A stretch of DNA of 63,972 nt, the filler included, from Chrysochromulina tobinii (taxonomy: Eukaryota), in assembly GCA_001275005.1 (NCBI GenBank). It is 6 parts of 6 records of this genome, joined end to end, with 100 filler letters (N's around TTAATTAATTAA, not from the genome) between each part and the next. Parts side by side here need not be neighbours in the genome. Positions count along the whole stretch, not along the records: positions 1 to 20,233 come from JWZX01000794.1; positions 20,334 to 31,061 come from JWZX01000795.1; 4 more parts are not named here. One strand, written 5' to 3'. Every line of letters begins with the position of its first letter. The first letter of the stretch is position 1. A program made the position numbers and the translations under genes. The notes under the pieces are model-generated. The model was not told the origin of the DNA. It made no database searches and was given only the letters and a program-made list of their open reading frames with translations. Below are positions 12,518 through 22,259 of the stretch, in pieces.

Positions 12518-12799
12518 GACCGCACTCCGCCTCCGCTCGATCAGAGCGCAGCAGCCAAGGAGGACTGCTTGCTCGCAAGAACACAACAGCTTGGCGAAGC
12601 GGAAACCACTTTTTGAAGGAAAACGCTGACTTTTCTGTGTGAAATGAGCAACGGATTTTTCGTGGATGGTTGGCGGGTTCTTCAGAATCCACAATCACTT
12701 TTTGTCCGTAACTCGTGTAACCGCCTTCGCAGCGGCCTCCCCTCCCGCCCGCCCGCGCGACTCTGTGACAGACAGGTGAGGGGCGAGCGGGCGGTGGCC

Positions 12800-14337
12800 A
12801 TGGCTACGTTTGACGTGCGTGCGCCGCCACCGCCTCCGAAGGCGCCACTCATTTCAACGCCTCGGACGGCGCAGCACGCACCGAAGCACGTCGTCGCATC
12901 TAGGCAGGAGGTCGGCTCCACAGCTCCAATGAGCGGCTGCTGCGCATCCTGTTTAGTGCCGACCGATGACGACGACCCCCTGCTCACGGCCGTCGGCCTG
13001 TGCTCGCGGTGCGAGATGGCGTGCATGGCGGCACGTGCGCGAGCGCGTCAGGCCGCATCGCTCACCGCGCTCCTGAATGAGGACTCACTCGTGCTCGCCC
13101 TCGCCTTCGCATGCATGGGCCGCGCCGCGCACAGGCAAGGTTGCCGGCTGGCCGCCATCAACCACGCCTTCCGCAGAGTCGTAACGGAGCAGCTCTGGCG
13201 TGCCTTGTGCTTGGCCGAGCACAGCGGCGGCGTCGTCGAACGGCTCCTGTTGTCAATCCCCGTGCCGTCCATAACAACGGTGACGGGACCCGCTTTGGCG
13301 CCACTCGGCACCGACTGGGCGGCAGCTCACCGGTTGCTCAGCGTGCCATTGCGCTTCCGTACACGCTCGTGCCGCTCGTGGGGGCGCATGCTCCGGCTGC
13401 GCCACCGGGGGCTCGATAAGCCGTCGGTGCTGCGCATCGATGCGAGCGCGGCGTCACAGCTCTCGCCTGGCTTCGGGTTTACCTCCTGGCGCGGCGCCGA
13501 TGTTCTGCTCAGCCCTACGGGCAGGGGGGCCATCGGCGGCCCCAAAGAGCTGGAGCGAGAGCTGGAGCGAGAGTGCCAACGACGCCAGCGCCACGACTTG
13601 AGCCACAACGGCGACAGCGACCAATCCAGCGACCATTCCACACACTCGCACGATGACGATGCCGTCGCCGACGGCGACCGCGTGGCAGGACCCGCGTCAA
13701 CGGCTGTGCTCTGCTGCGTGCTGCGTGAGGTCTCCTCGGAGCACCTGCTGCTCAGCGGCGTGCTCCCCTCGCTCTCCTCGGCTGCGCGCAAGGAGATCGA
13801 GGCGCTCCCGGTCGGCATCGCTCCCATGCACGGCGGCGACTCCCGGCACGCGCCCACGCCGTGGGCCAACAGCAAGGGGCCGCCGCCGCAGCGCTGCCTG
13901 TGCTGCGCGACGCATCTGCGCAAGCTCAAGGGCGACTCGGGCGCCGTGTGCGCGCATGGCTCAGGACACATCATGCGCGATGCTCGTACGTGGTTCAAGG
14001 AGGAGGTGACGCGGTGGCGGCCGGCGGCCCAGGAGGTGGCCAAGGAGGCGGCGGGCGCGCAGGATGACGACGAGGCGAACAATCTCCCCGTCGCATCATT
14101 CCACGCACAAGCGGCCGGGAATGCTGGCAGTGAGACAGAGTCGCATGAGGATGAGGATGCGGGTGAGGAGGACGAGGCTGAAATCGTCGGGGCCGGTGAA
14201 GGAGCGAGCGCCGTCGCGAGCGGTGATCATGCGGAGGCGTACGATGCCATGCTCGCGACGGCGCTCGTATGCCCGCACGGCCACGTGGTACTTATCTACG
14301 ACCTGGAACCGGCTGAGGAGGAGGAGGAAGAGGAGGG

Positions 14338-14377
<40 letters not shown>

Positions 14378-14572
14378 TGGGAGGACGAATGGGATGAAGA
14401 CGAGGAGGAGGACGAGTGGGATGGGGAGGAGGAGGAAGGCAGTTGGGACGAGGACGAGGACGAGGACGAGGAGGACGACGACGGCGGCGAGTGGCTTGAG
14501 GAAGAATGTAGGAAGCTCCAGACCGTCTGCTCCAGACCGCCCGATGCCGTCGAGGCAGCGTTTAGCTACTGA
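12800..14572 (+). CDS. Putative F-box-like protein with Cys/His motifs and a very acidic C-terminal tract
   Basis: LTALLNEDSLVLALAF...RLAAINHAFRRVVTEQLWRALC resembles an F-box; CLCC and CPHGH motifs; poly-E/D at ~14315-14480. Confidence 0.45.
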
Positions 14573-15320
14573 GGTGGTGTTGCCCAATCCGATTTTTCGT
14601 CTACACGTCCGGCGTGTGGCAGGGATCGTGGGGTCTGAGCATGGACCGACGTGGAGCGTTGTAATTGGTGCGCCATTGGCCATACGCGGGCCCGTTTTTC
14701 CCCTTGGTGTACAATGGTGAAACCGAACGCGCCACGATCCGATAGGAGACGCTCCAAGACGGCCGCTACCGGCGCGATCTGCGTGGCGACACGTGCGCGA
14801 GACGGCGTGCCGCACGCGCTCCGCGGCTCACCGAGCCGTCGTCACACAGAGCTGTTCGTCGCTAGTTCGTGGCGAGGTTATATAGTTTATATTAGCGGAA
14901 AAATGGAAAGATACGTGCACGCATACACAGCGCACTCACATCATAGTTGTCACTGAATAGTTCACACACGGCTCGCTTGGGAGGGGCCCTTATTCGCCAC
15001 AAGCACCCACGCATGCGCTGTGCCCATCCCTCCACCAAAGCCTGTCGACTGTGACTGAAAATCCGAATGGCGAAGCCACGATCGACCCATCGAACGTTAT
15101 CGAACGACCCACATGCAACCTCTGCCCCACGTGCACGCACCCCTTTTGCCGTCGGCTTCCCGGACTCGACGATGCGGGATGCGCCACACCCCTCCCGTTT
15201 CTCCCGTGTCAGTTCCTCCCGCATGCGTCTCTCGCGCATCGTCGATCCCCAACGCACCTCGAAGCCATGTCCACGCGCACGCGGCAGCAGTTTGCAAGCC
15301 GTGGCCAAACCATGCGCCCC

Positions 15321-17377
15321 TCAAAAGAACGTGGACGCACGCCAGGCGAGCGCAAAGATTGAGAGCACACGGAAAACGAGGAAGAGGAGGAAGAGCATCA
15401 GGAGGTACCACCACCAGTCGCTCGGATCAACGTCGATCACCTGGTCGATGAACGCGTCCGCCGCAATGCGGTTCTCCATCGGCCAGTCCTTGTCCTTCTG
15501 GGTCCTCTCGCCGAACTCATTGAGGACGTTGAGGTTAATGGCATACTTGAGGGAGGCGATCCACTGGATCCAGCGGAGCGCGGGCGGGATCTGGGTGACG
15601 CGCACGAAGACCCCTGCGAAGAGCAGTTGCAGCACGAAGAGGGGCGGAGCGCACTGCTGTGCAACTTCCGGGTTGGAGGCGAGGCAGCCGACGAGGAGAG
15701 CCGTCGAGCCCGCGCAGATGCCCGCGAGCCAAAAGATGCACACGTGCAGAATCCACGAGCCTTGCAAGTCGGCGATGAAGTAAAAGGTGCACCACACGAG
15801 AACGGCATTGAGGAAGGCCTGCGGCAGCTCCACCAAGGTCTTCGAGAGGAAGTAGGGTGCCGCGCTGTACGTGGAGGTCGCATACTCGCGCAAGAAGATA
15901 CCGCGGTCGAGCGGGAAGCGCAGCAAGAGCGGCTGGGCGGCGCCGAACATGCCGCCGATGAGCACTTGGGCGCTCGCACCAAAGTGCGCCTGAAGGTTGT
16001 AGCCAGGGCGGGTGATGTCTCCCACGCCCTCGAAGATGCATGCGAACACGGCGTTGAGGATGAGCGGCGCGAGGATCGAGGCGATGAGCCCCGGCTTGTT
16101 GCGCCACACGTAGAGGGCCTCGCGGATCGTGAGCGCATACAGCTGCCGCCAGAAGCCAGCCGCTCGTTCACGGCCTTTGGGATCTGGTGACGAGCGCTTC
16201 GGCATCTCCGCAGCCGTCGCTTCGGCGGACGGTTGCACCTTCATCGAGCTGGACGGCGACGTGAGCTCGACTTCCGACGGCACGATCTTCACACCTAGCG
16301 TGGGCGTCTCGTGCACTTGCACGTGGCCGAGGAATGCATGCCGCAGCTCGTCGAGCCGCTCGGCCGACAGGGTCTGCGTGAGCGTGATGATGTGATCGGC
16401 CATATTGTACTCGGACGGGCATCCGAGGCCATGCTTGGCCAAGCCGGCGGAGAGGCCCTTGATCGAGCCGTAGTAAAGGCAGTGGCCCTTCTGGACGATG
16501 AGCGCCTTTTGAAACGTGTGGAAGACCTCCGAGGCTGGCTGGTGGATCGTGCACAGGATGTTGCAGCCCTGGGTGCGGCCCAGCTCCATGAGCTTGAGGC
16601 ACACACTCTTGGCCGAGAAGGAGTCGAGGCCGCTCGTCGGCTCGTCGAGGAAGATGAGCTGACAGGAGAAGGTTCCATACGAAGCAGACGAGGTCAGTGG
16701 GCATTGTACGCGCACTCAGATCGAGTCCATGGGCAACCGTCGCACACCTGCGGTTTCATCACAAGCTCGATGCCGATGGCAGTTCGCTTCTTCTCACCAC
16801 CGGAGATGCCTCGGATCATGTCGTCACCGCAAAAGGTGTTGGCGCAAGATTGCAGGCCCATATCGACGATCATTTTCTCGACCAGCTCGCGCTTCTCGCT
16901 CATTGGAGTCGACCGAGGAAGCCGCAGCGTCGCCGAGAACATGATGGCCTCGCGCGGAGTCGACGTCGCAAAGAGCAGATCGATCTGCATCACGTACGCG
17001 ATGCGTTTGCGCAGCTCGCCACCCACGAGCTTCTTCCCATCCAAAAGAACGCTGCCGCTCACGCGCTGCGAGGCGCCCTTGTGACGAATGCGGTTGGCCA
17101 GCACGTTGAGCAGCGATGTCTTGCCAGAGCCCGACGGGCCGAGGATCGCACACACCTCGCCACCATTGAGGCTGCCAGAGATGCCCTTCAAGATTTCTTT
17201 GGATTTCTTGCCGGCGCCAACTCCGTACTCCACATTGGCCCACTCGAAGACGGACGAAGTGTATTTCATGAGCTCGAGTCGCGGTTGCGTTGCAGACTTG
17301 TTGCCAGTGAGGGGAGCGATCCCAGACCTTTTTTCAAGGAGCTTCTGTGGAATTCTCTCGGAATTCTCTCGGAACAT
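15321..17377 (-). CDS. ABCG (White-family) half ABC transporter (intron 16659-16747)
   Basis: Walker A GPSGSGKT, signature ISGGEKKR. The intron joins VMKPQ to LIFLDEPTSGLDS. TIHQP motif, ABC2 membrane domain FLREY...YFLSK. Confidence 0.93.
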
Positions 17378-17804
17378 GGACAGGACATGTTACAATTGTC
17401 CCCGGTACCTTTTTGCGACGATTCCCGAGCGGACCTATCGTTATATCGAGAGACGTGTCGATCGGGGGCACCTGAGTCGCGTTTGACCGGGGAACATGTG
17501 CCCGGGTGCCGGGTCGGGGGTGGGGGATCTCGACCTGCAGGGATGCAGGGTCGACCTACTATGTAGTAGGGTCGACCAACTTCCTTCCTGATGTGAGATG
17601 TTATTGTAATTAACCGCGCGCGATATTCTCAGTGCTCTGTGTTTCATGACTGTTTCATGTGGTTGTGGCTGGTCGGTGCGCGTTCGCGTGTGTCAATTCA
17701 ACTGACCTTTTCGCAAGTGTGATGATGAAAGTCGTTCTGTGCTGACCTTTCCGCAAAGGTGGTTCACGATGAGCGCTGTCTCAAGCTGCTCTTTCCGCGG
17801 CCTC

Positions 17805-18089
17805 ATGCGCATCGACACCGTGTTGGTCGGCAAACGCGTTCGGCTCGTGCCGTACCTCCCCGAGCATGTGCCTCGCTACAGTCAATGGATGGCGGATCCA
17901 GAGATGCTCCGCCTGACGGGCTCGGAGCCTCTCACTGTTGCTGAAGAGTACGAGAACCAAAAGTCATGGCATGGCGACCCGGACAAGGCCACCTTCATCA
18001 TCTGCGCCCGTGACGACAGCGAGACCGCAGATGAGGAGCTACAAATGACGCGCGGCATGTGTGGAGACGTGAATGCATTCCTGTCCCCA

Positions 18090-18131
<42 letters not shown>

Positions 18132-19907
18132 CATGGCGACCATGGCGTTGCCTCCAGAGACATTGCCGCCGCCGCCTCCATTTCTGCGGAGATCGAGATC
18201 ATGATTGCGGATGCGTCCCGTCGGCGTGGTGGGCTCGCACGGGAGGCGATACTGCTCTTCTTCCATTTCCTCGTTGAGCACGTGCCACAGCTCGGTCGGC
18301 TGGTGGTCAAAATCACAGACGACAATTTGGCCTCGTTTCGGCTTTTCGAGTCACTCGGCTTCGTTGTGCACAAGAAGCTAGCCGTCTTTGAGCAAACGGA
18401 GCTGTGGCTGGATGTAGCCGCAGCGAGGGAGATGGCGCGGGTGCATTGGTCCGCAATAGGCGCGCACGCGTCGACCCCGCCATCGCCTTTGGTGCGGTCG
18501 CTGCGCGTCCTCGTCCTTACCTATGAGTTCACCTATGCACCATTCAGCGGCAATGGCGTGCTTGCTCGCTCGCTGGTCAAAGGATTGCTTGGTCAAGGCG
18601 CCACGGTGCTCGTACTCTGCTGCCGCCCGACCCCTACCCCGCCGGGCCAACCCGGCGCGTACAGTCCCGATTCGCCAATCGCACTTCCCGAGGTGAGCGC
18701 CGCTCAGGCTGCGGCGCTTTCCGTGCGTGCTATCACCCTCCCAGTGACGGCCGGCTGGCAGAAGCTCGACCGTGCCTCCGCACACGAGCTCTTTGCCACG
18801 GGTGCGGCAGACTGCACGGAGGAAGTGGCGGCCGACTTTGGTCCAGAAGCTGTGCTCGCTATCGACTGGACGGGTGGTGCGGCGTGGAGAGCCATGCACG
18901 CCACGTGGCCAGCGTTGGCCGCAGCCCCCCCCCGCATGCTGTACGTCAACTTCCGAGTGTACTCATCGGGTCTGCGCGCGGGCGATGCCGCGGCGGCCTG
19001 GTACGACGAGCGTGAGCGTGAGGCGCTCGGTGCGGCCAGCAGCGTCTTCGCCCTGTCGACAAAGGATCAGGCATCGCTCGTCTGCCTGAGTGGCACCTTC
19101 TCTGCTGGCGAAGGCGTGGCTTCGCCGCAGCGGGCGCCTGTGGCCGTGCTGCTGCCGTGCTTGCGTGGCGACATGCAAAGTCTCGCCGATCTCCCCGCGG
19201 CCACGCACGCGTCTTCGATGCCCACGGCTGCCGCCGCCGCCCTCGCGGCCGTCACGGCAGCGGGCCGTGATGGCGCCCGGAGATTCCTCACATGCGCGGT
19301 GCGCCTCTCGGGTGAGAAGAACCCTCTCCTCTTCGCGGCGCTCGTCGAGGCCCTCGCCCCTGAGCTCGATGCGCGCGGCCTCGTCCCGCTTCTCGCGGGC
19401 GCCTCCGCTGACGCCGCCCTGGCCGCAGAGGTCAAGGGACGCATCCGAGCAGCAGCGTCGTCGGCGGTCATTCTTGATGAGTTCCTCGGCGCAGCCGCCC
19501 TCGCCGCCGTCTTCAGCGCCACGCGGCTCAACGTCCACCCATGCCTGTACGATGCGTACGGCATGTCCGTGATCGAGGCCGCGGCATTCGGAGCGCCCTC
19601 GGTGGTCAACAGTGGAGGTACCATTGGCGCGACGGCGCTGCTGAATCGCGGGGTGGACGGCGTCGAGTCGGGGGGCGCCAAACCGGAGGCAGGGTGTGTG
19701 GAGCTCGACTTGAGTGGGGCCACGACTTCAGCGCTGGCGGCAGCAGTGTTGTCGACCCTCGACGACACGCAACAGCTCGCGGCGGTGGCACAGGTGGCAC
19801 GTACGCGCGCGTTGGGCTGGAGTGAGGCGAAGGCCGGCAAGGTCGTCTACGAGTCGCTTGAACAGCTGTCTCGGCGAGACAACCTATGTCGAACCGACGA
19901 TTTTTGA
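17805..19907 (+). CDS. NAT9-like GNAT acetyltransferase fused to a GT4 (GT-B fold) glycosyltransferase
   Basis: N-terminal LVPY..EHVPRY..WM.DP..L.LT.SEPLT..EEY..Q.SW..D.DK.TFII, GDVN.F and EIEIMIA...RR.G match NAT9. C-terminal LRVLVLTYEFTY.PFSGNG, RLSGEKN and HPCLYDAYGMSVIEAAAFGAP match GT4. One uninterrupted frame. Confidence 0.8.
18093..18131 (+). repeat. (GAC)n microsatellite encoding poly-Asp inside the NAT9 domain
   Basis: gacgacgac... run visible directly. Confidence 0.9.
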
Positions 19908-20233
19908 CGGCCCGAATCTGGCCACTTACGAGGAGGGGGCCCGACCGCCATGCGCGGTGCGCGCGCGCGCGCGCCGAGCCCGAGGTGTGCGGAGCAGGGC
20001 ACCCTGACCATCTTTACTATTGTATGAGATTTCGACTCACCAGTCACCTCCCGCGACGGACTCGACCGCAAAGTCGGAACAAACGAAAGTCGGCCGGATG
20101 CGTGTCCCGTCTGTCTGTGCGTGTGTCTGCCAGTCTGTCATCCCAATGTGACAGCGCCTCTGCTGGCGCTGCTACGCAGCAAATCGCGCCGCCGCCGCGC
20201 GCCCCGGCCCCCGCGCGCCCGCGGCCGCGGGCC

Positions 20234-20333
20234 NNNNNNNNNNNNNNNNNNNNNNNNNNNNNNNNNNNNNNNNNNNNTTAATTAATTAANNNNNNNNNNN
20301 NNNNNNNNNNNNNNNNNNNNNNNNNNNNNNNNN
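20234..20333. other. Artificial contig linker (N-run + TTAATTAATTAA)
   Basis: 100-nt spacer with stops in all frames, repeated identically five times. Confidence 0.98.
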
Positions 20334-20335
20334 AG

Positions 20336-22042
20336 GAGGCCTTGTCGATTGCGAAGGAGCAGGCCGCGAGCCAGGCGCTGCAGCTGCTCTCCGAGCGAGA
20401 GGCAGCCGAGGCCAAGGCCGAGGCAGCAGAGGAGAGGCTCGACCTCGTCTACGTACGACTGACGAATGCGGAGGCGGCGGCAGTGGAGGCGGAGGCTCGG
20501 ACAGCTGAGGTGGAGGCCAGGGCCAGGGCCAGCGAGGATCGCGTCGCAGCCGCCGAGGCAGCCGCGGCGACCGAGGCACACAGGGCAGAGGCCGCGGAAG
20601 CGGCGCGCGTCTCAGCCCAGGACGCCATCGCTGCTGCCGAGGCACGTGCGGCGCAGGCAGAGCTGCAAGCATCAGACGCTCTCGCTGCTGCCGAGGCACG
20701 TGCGGCGCAGGCAGAGCTGCAAGCATCAGACGCCCTCGCTGCTGCCGAGGCACGTGCGGCGCAGGCAGAGCTGCAAGCATCAGACGCCATCGCTGCTGCC
20801 GAGGCACGTGCGGCGCAGGCAGAGCTGCATGCATCAGAGGCGATCGACGCGGCATGGGGGCCCCGGGTCGCTGCGCCGGATGAGATGGTCGCTGCGCCAG
20901 ATGAGATGGGGGCGGTGGCGGCAGCGAAGGCGGCGGCACGGGAGGAGGCCGCTGCCGAGCTCGCGGGCGCGCGGCTGGCCCTGGAGGCCGCCGAGCAGCG
21001 GGCGATGGCCGCCGAGGCGCAGGTGGACAGCGCGCGGCAAGAGACTCTCACGACGAAGCAGAAGGCGGTCGACAAGTTCAAGGAGCAAGGGAGCACAATC
21101 GCCGAGCGAGAGGCACATGTGGAGCGGCTCGGCATGGCGCTCACCGAAGCGGAGAAGGCGACACGCCAGGAGCGCGAGAGGGCGGACGGCCTTTTCAGCG
21201 AGGCGAGCGCACTGCAGCAGCAGGTGGCCGAGCTGCGGCAGCAGCTCAAGCGCGAGGTCAAGGCCGCAGCCCTCGAAGTCCGGGCCGCACGTGCCGCGGC
21301 CGCGAGCGTAGGCCCTGGGGACGGCCAGCCATCGAGTTCGGCTGCGGTCGGCGCCAGCCCCTTGAAAGCTGCCCCAGAGGCGGCGGCGAGCGCTGTGACG
21401 GGCGCACCGTCGTCGCCCAAGATGGTGCGCCAAGACAGCGCTCCGCAAGCCGTTGTGGCCGCCGTGAGTGCTGACCGAGGCCCGGTCGGGTTTTCGGTGG
21501 ACGAGGCCAACTACCTACGTGCATGCGTCCTCCGTCTGCTCGAGGCGTCGGATGTGAACGATGAGGAGCTATGGGTGCCACTCGCGGCGGGAGTGAGGCT
21601 CGATGAGGCCGAGATGGGTCGCATACGGCTCGCACGGCGCTCGACGACCGCCTTCTGCCTTGCGGCTCTCTCCGATCCCACGTCGATCGCCGACTCGCAC
21701 CCGGCGCTGCACGCCTTCCTGCTAGCCCTCGCGGGCGTCGGATCGGCCACCGCCTCCGTCGCTCGCACTGCTGCCGAGGCCGCGTACGCACGCGCCGTGG
21801 TGGCGGCCGACACGCGCGCCGCCGCCGGGGCTCGGGCGCTGCCAGGTGCGCCCGCGACCATCACCCTCCAGACAGCAGGCGCGGAGGCGAGTGGCAGCGG
21901 CGCGGTCGTAGCTGGTCTGGTCGACGCGCTGCCATCGGCCGACCGCCTTGAAGCGGTCGGCCGCGGTGTCTTTGACGCCGTTGCCAAGGTGGGCGAGGCG
22001 ATTGCCAGCGGGGTGGTAGCCAAGGAGCAGCGCCGGCAATGA
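20336..22042 (+). CDS. 5'-truncated coiled-coil protein, golgin-like with a possible GRIP domain
   Basis: Long A/E-rich heptads; EANYLRACVLRLL...LWVPLAAGVRLDEAE resembles the GRIP consensus. Frame is open from the contig start. Confidence 0.55.
   Translation, partial: EALSIAKEQAASQALQLLSEREAAEAKAEAAEERLDLVYVRLTNAEAAAVEAEARTAEVEARARASEDRVAAAEAAAATEAHRAEAAEAARVSAQDAIAAAEARAAQAELQASDALAAAEARAAQAELQASDALAAAEARAAQAELQASDAIAAAEARAAQAELHASEAIDAAWGPRVAAPDEMVAAPDEMGAVAAAKAAAREEAAAELAGARLALEAAEQRAMAAEAQVDSARQETLTTKQKAVDKFKEQGSTIAEREAHVERLGMALTEAEKATRQERERADGLFSEASALQQQVAELRQQLKREVKAAALEVRAARAAAASVGPGDGQPSSSAAVGASPLKAAPEAAASAVTGAPSSPKMVRQDSAPQAVVAAVSADRGPVGFSVDEANYLRACVLRLLEASDVNDEELWVPLAAGVRLDEAEMGRIRLARRSTTAFCLAALSDPTSIADSHPALHAFLLALAGVGSATASVARTAAEAAYARAVVAADTRAAAGARALPGAPATITLQTAGAEASGSGAVVAGLVDALPSADRLEAVGRGVFDAVAKVGEAIASGVVAKEQRRQ
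20620..20845 (+). repeat. 54-bp coding tandem repeat (AAAEARAAQAELQASDAL) x~4
   Basis: Repeated cgctgctgccgaggcacgtgcggcgcaggcagagctgcaagcatcagac units. Confidence 0.9.
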
Positions 22043-22259
22043 CCACAGATATCCACAAATATGCGCCGCCCTGTCGAGACGGGAGTGAGATGCTGGGAAA
22101 GAGAGGGGCGGACGGATGGGGACATCCGCCTCCCGCAAATGTTGATACGGTGTGAACGCGGGCAAAAAGTTGGGTGTGAACCGTCGATCAACAAGTGAGA
22201 AAGCTGCGGAATGAAGACCTACGTGCTACTAGCTCTCCACTTCACCCTTCGTTCGTTCA

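Noticed and set aside
20234..20333. TTAATTAATTAA repeated between N-runs as a biological repeat or CRISPR-like element
   Set aside because: Identical 100-nt artificial linker joining contigs. It also voids any gene-neighbourhood argument across it.
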